DNA of 64,000 nt from Candidatus Binatia bacterium (GTDB lineage: Bacteria; Desulfobacterota; Binatia; UBA9968), in assembly GCA_036554745.1 (NCBI GenBank), contig DATBMR010000015.1:30597-94596 (forward strand). The letters run 5' to 3'. Positions 21,720-32,222 of the stretch are shown in pieces. The number at the start of each line of letters is the position of its first letter. The first letter of the stretch is position 1. The notes under the pieces are model-generated. The model saw nothing but the letters and a program-made list of their open reading frames with translations, was not told the DNA's origin and made no database searches. The position numbers were made by a program, and so were the translations under genes.

Positions 21720-22343
21720 TTAATCATCGCCGGGGTCGTTTTCAACCTCGCTGTCGCGGTTTTTTTTCTGCCGCGTTTCCGAAGCCTTAGCAACACTGAC
21801 TAGCGCGGGCCTGAGTAGCCGGTCGTGCAGCATGTACCCCTTGTGCAGTTCATCGACAACAGCATTAGGCTCGTGGGATTCACTTTCTACCTGGGATATC
21901 GCTTCGTGTTTGGACGGGTCAAAAGGCTGTCCAACTGCGGAGATTTGTGTGACGCCATGTTTCGCCATTGCGTCCAACAGGCCCTTGAGAACCATCTCCA
22001 CACCTTCGACGATCGGTTTACCATTACCACCGCCGGACGCATGGGCAACCGCACGTTCTAGATTATCGACCACCGTCAGGAGATCCTTGATCAGGGCTTC
22101 ATTAGCAAAACGGATCGCTTCATCACGGTCACGCGCGGTTCGTTTCTTAAAATTCTCAAGTTCGGCGACTTGCCGGAGAAACCGATCGTAGTTGGTTTTT
22201 ACTTCGAGTTCCTTTTCTGCCAGTTGCTTTCTCATGCTTTCGATGTCCACATCCGCCGATTCAGTACGGTCCGGTTGCGGATTTTCTCCCGTGGCCTGAT
22301 CAACCGCTACCTCATCTGCAACATTTTTCGTTTCGTCGGTCAT
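21720..22343 (-). CDS. grpE: nucleotide exchange factor GrpE
   Basis: 207 aa. Coiled-coil N-terminal part (YDRFLRQVAELENFKKR) and a GrpE C-terminal beta domain. Directly upstream of dnaK. Confidence 0.93.
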   Translation of the reverse strand: MTDETKNVADEVAVDQATGENPQPDRTESADVDIESMRKQLAEKELEVKTNYDRFLRQVAELENFKKRTARDRDEAIRFANEALIKDLLTVVDNLERAVAHASGGGNGKPIVEGVEMVLKGLLDAMAKHGVTQISAVGQPFDPSKHEAISQVESESHEPNAVVDELHKGYMLHDRLLRPALVSVAKASETRQKKNRDSEVENDPGDD

Positions 22344-22505
22344 GCCTGTCTGTCTCTCCTCGTCGACTTAGGTGACGAAAAGTTAATCACGAAGCATGCC
22401 GGTGTCAAGTCATCGTTTCGAAAATTCACTCGATATTTTATATAGTTGTCCGGTTTTAGAAAAAGTGATACGGTCATTTGCAAGGCGCCGTGAGGGGCGC
22501 TTTTT

Positions 22506-23273
22506 ATGCGTGTCGATTTTACTAGTGCCGCGATTGTATTGCGCAGCCGTCCTTTTGGTGAATCGGACAAAATTGTTGCGTTTTTAACCGAGCACTATGG
22601 GAAAATTACCGGCATCGCCAAAGGGGCGGTGCGGTCGCGGCGACGCTTTGCAAACTCTTTAGAGCCTTTCTCGCTGGTAAATCTCGGTTTTCGAGATCGT
22701 GCTCATAGCAATTTGGTTTTTTTACTGAGCGCGGATTTGGTCGATGGCTTCAGAACGTTGATGACCGATTTAAATCGGCTTTCCTGTGCTTCCTATCTGG
22801 TCGAGATCACCGATGGGTTGACTGGCGAACGGGAAGAAAATTCCGCCGTCTTCCACCATTTACGAGAGGGTCTCTGCCATTTAGCCAAGCACGGCGCTTC
22901 CCTGCGTTTTCTGACCGTGTTTGAGCTCAAGCTTTTGCGCTTGGCCGGCTACCAACCTGTTTTGGACACGTGTAAGAAGTGTCGCCAAGATCGTGACGGC
23001 GGAATGGTTTCACGCTGGCACTTTAGTTCGCTCGATGGCGGCATTCTCTGTGATCCATGTGCGCATTATTCGAAGGAAGCCCTTCCGCTTGGTGCAACTG
23101 CGGTGGAGGTCTTAACGGCGCTGCAAACGGAAAACGGCAGCGTGCCCGAGCAGATATTACTGCCGGCGTCAGTGGTCAGGGAAATTCGCTCCGTGATAAT
23201 GCGATTTATCCAGTTTCATATGGATCGAGAAATTAAGTCTGCCCCCTTTCTTCATCAGTTCTTTTCCGTATAG
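22506..23273 (+). CDS. recO: DNA repair protein RecO
   Basis: 255 aa. N-terminal OB-fold pattern (AIVLRSRPFGESDKIV) and a CKKC...CDPC zinc finger. Confidence 0.9.
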   Translation: MRVDFTSAAIVLRSRPFGESDKIVAFLTEHYGKITGIAKGAVRSRRRFANSLEPFSLVNLGFRDRAHSNLVFLLSADLVDGFRTLMTDLNRLSCASYLVEITDGLTGEREENSAVFHHLREGLCHLAKHGASLRFLTVFELKLLRLAGYQPVLDTCKKCRQDRDGGMVSRWHFSSLDGGILCDPCAHYSKEALPLGATAVEVLTALQTENGSVPEQILLPASVVREIRSVIMRFIQFHMDREIKSAPFLHQFFSV

Positions 23274-23341
23274 TCTCAAAGGCAAAGTTCTTTTCTGCGG
23301 AGGTGATGTTCGCCCGGCAGCGCGATTAGGAGAAAAGCAAC

Positions 23342-26077
23342 ATGCCAAACACGAAAAAATCCATCTACTTTTTTGGCGACGGCAAAGCAGAGGGGCATGC
23401 AACAATGCGGGAACTTCTCGGCGGCAAAGGAGCAGGACTGCATGAAATGACCCGCATCGGCATCCCCGTGCCGCCGGGGTTTACCATTACCACAGAGGTT
23501 TGCACGTACTATTACGATCATCATCGCCGTTATCCTAAGGAACTCGATGGTCAAGTCAGAACAGGTTTGGCGCGAATGGAAAAAATTCTCGGCCGGCGTT
23601 TTGGCGATAGTGCAAACCCGATGCTGGTTTCGGTGCGTTCCGGCGCGAGGGAGTCGATGCCGGGCATGATGGATACGGTTTTAAATTTGGGCCTCAACGA
23701 TGAGACCGTTCAAGGCTTGATTCATCACACTAACAATGCGCGTTTCGCCTTTGACTCATACCGGCGTTTCATACAGATGTATGCGGATGTCGTTTTAGGT
23801 ATTAGACATAACGGAAAAGACGGCTTTGATCCGCTCCAGGCCATCTTCGAGCAGACAAAAAAATCGCACGGAGTGCGCTTTGACACCGACCTCACTGCTG
23901 CCGACTTGGAACGACTAGTGCTGGCGTACAAAGCCAAGATCAAGTCCACATTGGGCCAGGAGTTTCCTGAAGATCCATTCGACCAGTTATGGGGTGCGAT
24001 CGGCGCCGTATTCGGGTCGTGGAACAACGATCGCGCGATTGCTTATCGTGAACTCTACAAGATCCCTCATGACTGGGGCACGGCTGTCAACATCCAGGCG
24101 ATGGTCTTCGGCAATCTCGGCAGCAACTGTGCCACCGGTGTAGCGTTTACCCGGGATCCGGCGACCGGAGATAAGCGATTTTATGGCGAGTTTCTGGTGA
24201 ATGCCCAGGGTGAGGACGTTGTTGCGGGCATCCGCACTCCGAAACCAATCGCAGAACTCGGCCAAGTCATGCCCAAGGCCGCAAGCGAGTTACAGCGGGC
24301 GTGCAAATTACTCGAGCGACACTATCGTGACATGCAGGATATTGAGTTCACCATTGAGGACGGCAAGCTCTGGATGCTGCAGACACGAAGCGGTAAGCGA
24401 ACCGGCTTCGCCGCCATACGCATCGGGGTCGATATGGTAGAAGAGCGAATCATTGGTAAAGACGAGGCTCTGCTACGGATCGAACCCGATCAATTGAACC
24501 AACTGTTGCGGCCGATCTTCGATCAAAGTGGAAAGGAGCAAGCGCACAAAGAAGGCCGCCTATTGGGTAATGGCTTACCTGCAGGCCCAGGAGCTGCGAC
24601 TGGGCGCATTGTCTTCCATGCCGAGGATGCTGTCGAATGGAAACGGCGCGGTGAGCGCGTGATTTTGTGCCGGATTGAGACGAGCCCAGATGATATCCGC
24701 GGGATGGACGCCGCGCAGGGCATTCTAACCGCGCGCGGCGGCATGACTTCGCATGCCGCCCTGGTGGCGCGGCAGATGGGCAAAGTGTGCGTGGCCGGTT
24801 GTGAAGCGTTGCATCTGGACTACACGGGACGCACCTTAAAGGTGGATCAAACAACACTTAGAGAGGGCGATTGGATATCCATCGACGGCAGCACTGGCGA
24901 GGTTTTTTCAGGGGAAATTCAGACGTTGCCCTCCGAAGTTCTGCAAGTTCTGCTCGCCGGCTCTCTAGATGCCAAAAAGTCCCGTGTCTACCAGCAATTC
25001 GCCAAGCTAATGAAATGGGCAGATGAGGAGCGTGTCCTGGGCGTCCGCACGAACGCTGACCAGCCGGACCAGGCGGCGATTGCAAAGGCTTTCGGGAGTG
25101 AAGGGATCGGTCTTTGCCGTACCGAGCATATGTTTTTTCAAGGTGACCGCATTCAAGCCGTGCGCGAGATGATTCTAGCCGAAGACGAACCCGGTCGACG
25201 CCGCGCTTTGGCTAAGCTCCTGCCGATGCAGAAGCAAGATTTTAAAGATATTCTCAAGATCATGGGTAATCTACCCGTCACTATACGCACGCTCGACCCG
25301 CCGCTTCATGAATTTTTACCCAAGCGCGATGACGAAATCCTCGAGCTGGCGAAAGTGATGGGCGCGCCCTTCGAAGTCCTGCGTCATAAGGTCAGCGTCT
25401 TACAAGAATTCAATCCCATGCTCGGCCATCGCGGCTGCCGTCTCGGTATTTCGTACCCGGAGATCACGGAGATGCAGGCGCAGGCAATCTTTGAGGCCGC
25501 GTGTGAGTTGCGCCGTGAAGGTAAAAACCCATTTCCGGAAATCATGATACCGCTGGTCGGCTCGCGCCAGGAATTGCATGAGCAAAGGGAGATCGTCGAG
25601 CGTGTGGCAGCGGCGACCCAGAAAGCCTATGGCGTAAAGGTGAAGTATCTCATTGGCACAATGATCGAATTGCCGCGAGCGTGTATGGTTGCCGATGAAA
25701 TTGCCAATGAAGCGGAGTTTTTTTCGTTCGGAACCAACGATTTGACACAAACTTGCCTCGGTCTCTCGCGAGATGATGCCGGTAAATTCTTGCCGACTTA
25801 CGTTCTTAACGGCTTACTGCCTGAAGATCCATTTGTCAGCATCGACAAGGAGGGCGTCGGCGCACTAATGCGGATCGCGGTTGCCAAGGGGCGAAAAGGC
25901 CGAAAGGAACTCGAAATGGGCATTTGTGGTGAACATGGGGGCGATCCTCGATCAGTCGCTTTTTGTCATGAGATCGGCCTCGATTACGTAAGTTGCTCAC
26001 CCTATCGCGTGCCCATTGCAAAGCTTGCGGCCGCACAAGCTGCCCTCAAAAAGTGCCGTAAATTCGGTTTTAAGTAA
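23342..26077 (+). CDS. ppdK: pyruvate, phosphate dikinase
   Basis: 911 aa. Phosphohistidine motif [18 protein letters not shown]-utilising C-terminal TIM barrel ([11 protein letters not shown]). Confidence 0.97.
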   Translation: MPNTKKSIYFFGDGKAEGHATMRELLGGKGAGLHEMTRIGIPVPPGFTITTEVCTYYYDHHRRYPKELDGQVRTGLARMEKILGRRFGDSANPMLVSVRSGARESMPGMMDTVLNLGLNDETVQGLIHHTNNARFAFDSYRRFIQMYADVVLGIRHNGKDGFDPLQAIFEQTKKSHGVRFDTDLTAADLERLVLAYKAKIKSTLGQEFPEDPFDQLWGAIGAVFGSWNNDRAIAYRELYKIPHDWGTAVNIQAMVFGNLGSNCATGVAFTRDPATGDKRFYGEFLVNAQGEDVVAGIRTPKPIAELGQVMPKAASELQRACKLLERHYRDMQDIEFTIEDGKLWMLQTRSGKRTGFAAIRIGVDMVEERIIGKDEALLRIEPDQLNQLLRPIFDQSGKEQAHKEGRLLGNGLPAGPGAATGRIVFHAEDAVEWKRRGERVILCRIETSPDDIRGMDAAQGILTARGGMTSHAALVARQMGKVCVAGCEALHLDYTGRTLKVDQTTLREGDWISIDGSTGEVFSGEIQTLPSEVLQVLLAGSLDAKKSRVYQQFAKLMKWADEERVLGVRTNADQPDQAAIAKAFGSEGIGLCRTEHMFFQGDRIQAVREMILAEDEPGRRRALAKLLPMQKQDFKDILKIMGNLPVTIRTLDPPLHEFLPKRDDEILELAKVMGAPFEVLRHKVSVLQEFNPMLGHRGCRLGISYPEITEMQAQAIFEAACELRREGKNPFPEIMIPLVGSRQELHEQREIVERVAAATQKAYGVKVKYLIGTMIELPRACMVADEIANEAEFFSFGTNDLTQTCLGLSRDDAGKFLPTYVLNGLLPEDPFVSIDKEGVGALMRIAVAKGRKGRKELEMGICGEHGGDPRSVAFCHEIGLDYVSCSPYRVPIAKLAAAQAALKKCRKFGFK

Positions 26078-26133
26078 CACTATCGCATAATAATAAAACA
26101 CTATTCTCTCGGCGCCGTCGGTGGCACATTTTA

Positions 26134-26162
26134 TTGACAGATTCCTGGCGATCTACGATAAT
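26134..26162 (+). promoter_or_regulatory. sigma-70-type promoter candidate for pilB
   Basis: TTGACA (26134-26139), a 17-nt spacer, then GATAAT (26157-26162). It lies 23 nt upstream of the pilB ATG. Confidence 0.5.
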
Positions 26163-26184
26163 TTGGGCCTTTTCGTAGAAATCT

Positions 26185-27912
26185 ATGGAACCACGTTTTG
26201 CCGAGCTTTTGGTAAAGGGAGGCCTAGTTTCCCGTGAGCAACTGGTAGAAGCCCAGAAAAAGGAACGGGAAAATGGTTCCAGTGTTGCCAAGGAAATCGT
26301 CCGACTGGGATACACGAACGAGGAAACCGTTACCCAGTTTTTCGCTAAGCAATTTGGCATCGAGTCTGTTGAGCTAGTTCCGGGCGAAATCGAAGACTCC
26401 ATCTTTAGCCTGGTCCCGCCGCAAATCATTCAGAAGCATCAGCTCATCCCTTACAAACTGCTGGGGTCAACCTTGACGGTGGCGATGTCCGACCCAACCG
26501 ACTTGGTTGCGATCAACGAAGTCAAGTTTGTTACGGGTTATGGCGTCCGCGTGGCGTTGGCGACACCTTCAAATATTAAGAAAACCTTGGATCACCGCTT
26601 TGGCGGCGTCAGCTACGACGACGTCTTAAAAAAATTCGGCGACGGGGAGATGGAGGTCGTCCACGAAAGTGACGATGTAAACCTGCAAGAACTGCAGCAA
26701 GCCACGATGGACGCCCCCGTGGTGACGCTGGTCAACGCTATCCTCGCTGACGCGGCTAAGCGGCGCTGCAGCGACATACACATCGAGCCCTATGAAAAGC
26801 TATTCCGCGTCCGCTTCCGCATTGATGGTGTTCTCCAGGAAATCATGAGTCCGCCCCTACGCCTCAAAAATGCACTTGTGTCACGGCTAAAAGTTATGGC
26901 CGGCTTAGATATTGCCGAGCGTCGACTTACCCAAGACGGTCGGATCAAACTAAAGATGGGCGCTGGCTTGGAGTTGGATATCCGCGTTTCCATTTTGCCG
27001 ACCTTGTTCGGCGAAAAAGTCGTTATGCGCCTGTTGGATAAGTCGAACCTCCAACTGGACATGGCAAAGCTCGGTTTCGACGAGCAAAACCTAAAGGACT
27101 TCCAGGAGGCGATTCATAAACCGTATGGAATGATTCTCATCACCGGTCCGACCGGAAGCGGAAAGTCGACCACACTGTATTCCGCGCTCTCCGAACTCAA
27201 TAAGCCCGATGTCAATATATCTACGGCAGAGGACCCGGTGGAATATAACTTGGTGGGCATCAACCAAGTTCAGGTGAGAGAGCAAATCGGTCTCAACTTC
27301 GCCGCCTGCCTGCGGTCCTTCCTGCGTCAAGATCCCGATATCATCATGGTCGGCGAGATCCGTGACCTGGAAACGGCGCAAATTGCGATCAAAGCCGCAC
27401 TGACCGGTCACCTCGTTCTGAGCACGCTACATACCAACGACTGCCCGGCGACTGTAGACCGGTTGATTAACATGGGCGTAGAAACGTTTCTTCTGACCTC
27501 GTCCATAAACATCATCCTTGCCCAGCGCCTGGTGCGAAAAATCTGTGAGCAGTGTAAGGAACCGGTGGACACTAAGCCGGAAGTCTTAATCAATTTGGGT
27601 GTCGACGCGGCCGACGTAAGCGCGGGGTTCCCGGCCTTTCACGGCCACGGTTGCAACAACTGCGGCGGAACCGGCTATCGAGGACGGTTGGCGGTCTACG
27701 AAGTCATGGTGATGCACGAGGCGCTTAAGGAACTTATTCTCAAAGGAGCTTCGGCGATGGAGCTAAAAAGGGAAGCGGTTAAGCTGGGGATGAGCACGTT
27801 GCGCATGAGCGCTTTGGCGAAGGTCCGCCAAGGGCTAACCACAGTTGACGAAACCATCCGAGTGACCGACACCGACAAGGGGTTTGGATCGGTTTTCTCG
27901 CTCGGTTTCTAG
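26185..27912 (+). CDS. pilB: type IV pilus assembly ATPase PilB (GspE family)
   Basis: 575 aa. N-terminal T2SSE_N/MshEN-like domain, Walker A GPTGSGKST, Asp/His boxes, tetracysteine CEQC...CNNC. Confidence 0.93.
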   Translation: MEPRFAELLVKGGLVSREQLVEAQKKERENGSSVAKEIVRLGYTNEETVTQFFAKQFGIESVELVPGEIEDSIFSLVPPQIIQKHQLIPYKLLGSTLTVAMSDPTDLVAINEVKFVTGYGVRVALATPSNIKKTLDHRFGGVSYDDVLKKFGDGEMEVVHESDDVNLQELQQATMDAPVVTLVNAILADAAKRRCSDIHIEPYEKLFRVRFRIDGVLQEIMSPPLRLKNALVSRLKVMAGLDIAERRLTQDGRIKLKMGAGLELDIRVSILPTLFGEKVVMRLLDKSNLQLDMAKLGFDEQNLKDFQEAIHKPYGMILITGPTGSGKSTTLYSALSELNKPDVNISTAEDPVEYNLVGINQVQVREQIGLNFAACLRSFLRQDPDIIMVGEIRDLETAQIAIKAALTGHLVLSTLHTNDCPATVDRLINMGVETFLLTSSINIILAQRLVRKICEQCKEPVDTKPEVLINLGVDAADVSAGFPAFHGHGCNNCGGTGYRGRLAVYEVMVMHEALKELILKGASAMELKREAVKLGMSTLRMSALAKVRQGLTTVDETIRVTDTDKGFGSVFSLGF

Positions 27913-27982
27913 CGTGCTGGTATGCGACGGCGGCCGTAATGCCAGAGGTCAGTTTTCGGGCGACTAGAGAGAATTAAGAACC

Positions 27983-29209
27983 ATGCCGATATTTGTTTGG
28001 GAAGGAAGAACCGCTCAAGGAAGATTGGTCAAGGGCGACAATCTCGAAGCGCCGAATCTAGAAGGTGCGTTGGCACGGCTGCGTGAGCAGAGAATACGGC
28101 CAATCCCCAATCGAATTCGCGAAAAAGGTAAAGGATTAGAAAAAGAGATCTCCATTCCAGGTTTTGGTGATAAGGTTACAACACGAGATATCTCGCTGGC
28201 CACGCGCCAGCTGGCGACAATGATTGACGCGGGCCTGCCGATCGTCCAATGCCTCGATATCTTGGCGCAACAGTCTGAAAATAAACTTCTCCGCAATACC
28301 GTAGGAGCCGTCAAAAAGGATGTCGAGGGGGGAAGCACCTTGGCAGACGCCCTACGCAAACACCCAAAGATTTTTGACGATTTATACGTCAATATGGTCG
28401 AGGCCGGCGAAGCGGGCGGCATCCTGAACACGATCCTCAACCGTATTGCCCTATTTATCGAAAAGGCCAGCCGCCTCAAAAAAAAGGTCAAAGGCGCGAT
28501 GATCTATCCGTGCGCCATTGTCTGCGTAGCCGTCATCGTTGTCGCCGTTCTGATGATCTTTGTTATTCCCGTTTTCGCGGAACTCTATGGCGGCATGGGC
28601 AAGGCCCTACCATTGCCGACTCAGGTTTGCATCGACATTAGCAACTGGTTTGTCGCCTACTGGTATCTTTTGCTTGCCGGTCTTATCGGCGTGATTATGG
28701 CCGTCTCCTTCTATTACAAAACACCGCAAGGTCGCATGAACATCGATAGGTTGCTGCTGCGCACGCCGATCGTCGGTGATCTCTTGAGAAAAGTCGCCGT
28801 TGCTCGGTTCTCACAAAATATGGCCCTATTATTGAGTTCCGGTGTGCCAATCCTGGACGGATTGGCGATCACCGGCAAGACGGCTGGCAACAAGGTTGTT
28901 GAAAAAGCGATTCTTGAGAGCCGGGTCAGCATTAGCCAGGGAAAGACCGTGGCCGAGCCCCTGCGGGACAGCAAGATCTTTCCCCCGCTGGTGTGTCAGA
29001 TGGTTGCCGTGGGAGAGAGCACCGGTGGTCTCGACAACATGCTCAAAAAAGTCTCCGAGCTCTACGAAGAAGAAGTCGATGACGCGGTGAATAATCTCAC
29101 CGCGATGATGGAGCCGCTGATTATGGTTGTGCTCGGCGTTATTCTTGGTGGACTCGTCATCGCCATGTATCTTCCGATCTTCCAAATGGGATCGTTGGTG
29201 GGCGGTTGA
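27983..29209 (+). CDS. pilC: type IV pilus platform protein PilC (GspF family)
   Basis: 408 aa. Duplicated T2SSF domain, three TM segments, C-terminal LPIFQM motif. Confidence 0.93.
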   Translation: MPIFVWEGRTAQGRLVKGDNLEAPNLEGALARLREQRIRPIPNRIREKGKGLEKEISIPGFGDKVTTRDISLATRQLATMIDAGLPIVQCLDILAQQSENKLLRNTVGAVKKDVEGGSTLADALRKHPKIFDDLYVNMVEAGEAGGILNTILNRIALFIEKASRLKKKVKGAMIYPCAIVCVAVIVVAVLMIFVIPVFAELYGGMGKALPLPTQVCIDISNWFVAYWYLLLAGLIGVIMAVSFYYKTPQGRMNIDRLLLRTPIVGDLLRKVAVARFSQNMALLLSSGVPILDGLAITGKTAGNKVVEKAILESRVSISQGKTVAEPLRDSKIFPPLVCQMVAVGESTGGLDNMLKKVSELYEEEVDDAVNNLTAMMEPLIMVVLGVILGGLVIAMYLPIFQMGSLVGG

Positions 29210-31313
29210 GTCCATCTTCAAGGCGTCCGTCGGCTTAGGACTACCTTTCGAGCGTGCGAACTTGAGTGATGAGCAAAAAGAGTTAACCGAAAAGATTCGT
29301 TGGCTGCTTTTGTGGCGCGTCGTCATCGTGTCATTTTTCTTGGGTGCGACGGCGCTGTTTCATTTCTTGCGCACCGAAGGCGAAAGCGGATATCTGTTCG
29401 ATCTTTCCGTTCCGCTGATTGTCGCTTATACAGTCTCCTTACTATCGGTTGTGGCTTTGCCGCGGATCGCCCAGCTGCGCGCATTCGCACATTCGCAAGT
29501 CTGCTTTGATGTCCTTTTAATTACCGGCATCATTTGGATTACCGGCGGTCTGGCGAGCCCATTTTCGATTCTCTACAACCTTGCCGTCATTAACGGGGCG
29601 ATCTTGCTCTTCTATCGCGGCGGATTTTTCGCCGCCGCGTGCTCGAGTGTGGCATACGCCAGCATCCTTTTGTGGTCACACTACGCGCACCCGGCGCAGG
29701 AGATGGCGCTCTCGTGGACAACGCTGTTCCCGATCATGCAAAGTATCGCGAGTTTTTTCGTCATCGCCTGGCTCAGCGGCTTTCTAACGAATAAACTCCG
29801 GGAGACCGAGAAGCTGCTGAAAGAACAACAAGAAGATTATCGCGACCTCGATGCATTCAAAGATGCGCTCCTGCAAGGGATCGGAAGCGGAGTGGCGATC
29901 ACGGACTCGAGCGGGCGAATCAATTACTTTAATTGCCAAGCACAAGCGTTGACCTCGCTGGATGAGGTGAGTGTCAAAGGAAAACGGTTGGATCAAGTCT
30001 TTCCTAGCTTGAATTACGACTTTCAAGCCAGTGCTGGTGCTCACGCCATTGTGACCGATGAACTGTCAATTAGTTCGCTGCAAGGCGCGATCAAACAAAT
30101 TCGGCTCACGGTCGCGCCGCTCAGCAATGCCCACGAGCAACTCATCGGCTTCGTCTCGATCTTCGAGGACATCACCAAGCAAAAGCAAGCTGAGGAGAAG
30201 GTGAGACTCGAAGAGGAACTGCGCCGCGCAAGAGAAGTGGAGCTAGGCGAGAACGCGTCTAGCGACGACGGCGATGGTTTTCACTTCGAAGGTGTGATCG
30301 GCAAAAGCGGTGGCATCGAGAAGATCTACCAGCTCGTGAGAAAAGTTGCAGCGACGAGCACCAACGTGCTCATCACCGGAGAGAGTGGCACCGGCAAAGA
30401 GCTTGTCGCACGTGCGATTCACGTCAACGGACCGAGAAAGAGCAAACCCTTTGTCCCGGTGAACTGCGGCGCGATTTCGGAAGGGCTGATCGAGAGTGAA
30501 CTATTCGGTCATGTTCGCGGCGCCTTCACAGGAGCCTTTTCTGACCATCTAGGGCTTTTTAAGCAAGCCGACCAAGGCACCATCTTCTTGGATGAAGTGG
30601 GAGAGTTGCCGCTCCATCTGCAAGTCAAGCTATTGAGAGTATTGCAAGAAAAGAGCTTTACGCCGGTTGGCGGCAGCAAGCCGATCAAAGTCGATGTTCG
30701 GGTGATTTCTGCGACCAACAAGGATTTGCGCAAAGAACTTGACGAAGGGCGTTTCCGTGAAGACCTGTTCTATCGGCTGAATGTTGTGCAAATGGTCATG
30801 CCTCCGCTGCGGAGTAGAAAAGAAGACATTCCTGCGCTCGCCTACTACTTTGTGCGGAAATTTGCGTCGTCACACAGCAAACACGTTGAAGAGATTTCAA
30901 GTGGCGCCTTGATGCAATTGATGGGCTATTCCTATCCCGGCAATGTGCGTGAACTCGAGAATATCATTGAGCACGCGGTGGCGGTGACCGGAAAAAACAT
31001 CTTAACCGAGGAAGATCTGCCCCAACACGTAAACAGCGCGGCATTTGCGGAGAAACCAGGCGAATGCAACGACAAAGTTGGAGTGGAAATTTCCGAATTG
31101 TTCTTTTCTAAGGGGCTATCGCTCGACATGGAACTGGAGGCTCATGAAAAATTCATTTTACTCGGTGCCTTAAAACGGGCGAACGGGGTGCAAAAAAGGG
31201 CCGCTGAAATCCTTGGTATCAACTATCGCTCCCTGCGTCATCGTCTGGAAAAATATAATTTACTGAATGCCAAAAGCGATTCCATGAATGAACCGGCCGA
31301 AGATATCCAGTAA
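29127..31313 (+). CDS. membrane-bound sigma-54-dependent transcriptional activator: PilS-type N-terminal TM domain + PAS + AAA+ (GAFTGA) + Fis-type HTH, with no histidine kinase core and no receiver domain
   Basis: About 6 TM helices resembling the PilS N-terminus (LSDEQKEL..., ITGGLASPFSILY). PAS (ITDSSGRINYFN...FEDITKQK). Walker A GESGTGKE, GAFTGA, Walker B IFLDEVGE. HTH QKRAAEILGINYRSLRHRLEKY. The true start is uncertain: ATG 29127 overlaps pilC by 83 nt, and the first canonical start after the pilC stop is TTG 29262. Confidence 0.88.
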   Translation: MCSALFLVDSSSPCIFRSSKWDRWWAVESIFKASVGLGLPFERANLSDEQKELTEKIRWLLLWRVVIVSFFLGATALFHFLRTEGESGYLFDLSVPLIVAYTVSLLSVVALPRIAQLRAFAHSQVCFDVLLITGIIWITGGLASPFSILYNLAVINGAILLFYRGGFFAAACSSVAYASILLWSHYAHPAQEMALSWTTLFPIMQSIASFFVIAWLSGFLTNKLRETEKLLKEQQEDYRDLDAFKDALLQGIGSGVAITDSSGRINYFNCQAQALTSLDEVSVKGKRLDQVFPSLNYDFQASAGAHAIVTDELSISSLQGAIKQIRLTVAPLSNAHEQLIGFVSIFEDITKQKQAEEKVRLEEELRRAREVELGENASSDDGDGFHFEGVIGKSGGIEKIYQLVRKVAATSTNVLITGESGTGKELVARAIHVNGPRKSKPFVPVNCGAISEGLIESELFGHVRGAFTGAFSDHLGLFKQADQGTIFLDEVGELPLHLQVKLLRVLQEKSFTPVGGSKPIKVDVRVISATNKDLRKELDEGRFREDLFYRLNVVQMVMPPLRSRKEDIPALAYYFVRKFASSHSKHVEEISSGALMQLMGYSYPGNVRELENIIEHAVAVTGKNILTEEDLPQHVNSAAFAEKPGECNDKVGVEISELFFSKGLSLDMELEAHEKFILLGALKRANGVQKRAAEILGINYRSLRHRLEKYNLLNAKSDSMNEPAEDIQ

Positions 31314-31501
31314 CAAAAATTGTCACTCGTTCGTTCTTCAATCCCGAAATATCGAATCAGCTGAGTTAAATCCGACTTAAACCTGCGCTGCCCACTCAGC
31401 AAGGCCGCAACCGTTAAGCTGCCGAAATCCCGATGGGTTTGCGCCTGCAGCCGGCATTCCTTACACCGATTTGCGGATTAACAATACTTGGCAAGCCAAA
31501 A

Positions 31502-31516
31502 TGGCGCGCTCTTTGC
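31502..31516 (+). promoter_or_regulatory. sigma-54 (-24/-12) promoter upstream of pilA
   Basis: TGGCGC-gctct-TTGC matches TGGCAC-N5-TTGC with one mismatch. It lies 148 nt upstream of the pilA ATG. The adjacent gene encodes a sigma-54 activator. Confidence 0.6.
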
Positions 31517-31663
31517 GTAAGCGGGAGCATTGTTTTGATTTGTCAAGCAACATTCTAAAAGGGGGTGAAGTATACGAGACGCGAATAATGCTGGCTAGGA
31601 GCACGGAAAACATACGTGAAAGGAGTGAAAGTACTTTCGCAGTACGAAAGGAAGAAACTAGAA

Positions 31664-32047
31664 ATGAAAAAATTAAGACTACAGAACGAGTCCGGATTTA
31701 CTTTGATTGAATTATTGGTCGTGGTTGCCATTATCGGCATCTTGGCTGCGATCGCTATCCCGCAATTCGCAGCGTATAGGAAGCGCGGTCACGAAGCGCA
31801 AGTTAAAACCGATTTGAGAAATGCGGCCGTGGCTGAGGAAGCTTACTTTGCCGCAAATTCGGCGTATAAAGCCGGCACTGCAAGCAGCTCTCTCCTTCCG
31901 GGCTTCAATGCTACCACAGGCGTCACCGTTATTGCGGCATCTGGAACCAATACATTCCAGTTGACCGCGCAACATGCCAATTGCGGCACCAATACGTGGA
32001 CGTTCAGCAGTGTGACCGGAACGATCACCGGATCTGCTTGTCCGTAA
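31664..32047 (+). CDS. pilA: type IVa major pilin (prepilin)
   Basis: Leader MKKLRLQNESG followed by FTLIELLVVVAIIGILAAIAIPQF (class III signal; G-1/F+1/E+5). C-terminal Cys pair. RBS AAGGAAG about 10 nt upstream of ATG 31664 (the track ORF starts at 31616). Confidence 0.9.
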   Translation: MKKLRLQNESGFTLIELLVVVAIIGILAAIAIPQFAAYRKRGHEAQVKTDLRNAAVAEEAYFAANSAYKAGTASSSLLPGFNATTGVTVIAASGTNTFQLTAQHANCGTNTWTFSSVTGTITGSACP

Positions 32048-32076
32048 TCTAGCTAAGATCGAGCTTTGTTCGGTCA

Positions 32077-32103
32077 GGGGGGTGTCACAAGCCACCCCCC
32101 TTT
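32077..32103 (+). terminator. intrinsic terminator candidate after pilA
   Basis: GGGGGGTG-tcacaagc-CACCCCCC hairpin followed by TTT, 30 nt after the pilA stop. The U-tract is short. Confidence 0.55.
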
Positions 32104-32222
32104 ACTCTCCGTTAAGTACTCGTCCTTCGACCAACGGGATCTGAAATCAACTGAACTCTGTCATTCACAAGTTTGTCGATCGCTTCCTGACGAGGTACCC
32201 GGAGTCTATTTCGTATCTAGTA

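Noticed and set aside
22344-22505. Expected hrcA/CIRCE control upstream of grpE, and a GC hairpin plus T5 run (22485-22505) abutting the recO ATG
   Set aside because: No TTAGCACTC-N9-GAGTGCTAA-like inverted repeat is present, and no hrcA. Only a weak TTGACA-N17-TAACTT (minus strand, 22380-22408) was seen. The hairpin has a 5-bp stem that overlaps the likely recO SD, which is too weak to call a terminator or sRNA.
26122-26137. Perfect TGGCAC upstream of pilB as a sigma-54 promoter
   Set aside because: The downstream element is ATTGA, with spacing off by one and no GC dinucleotide at -12. An overlapping TTGACA-N17-GATAAT sigma-70 promoter explains the region better.
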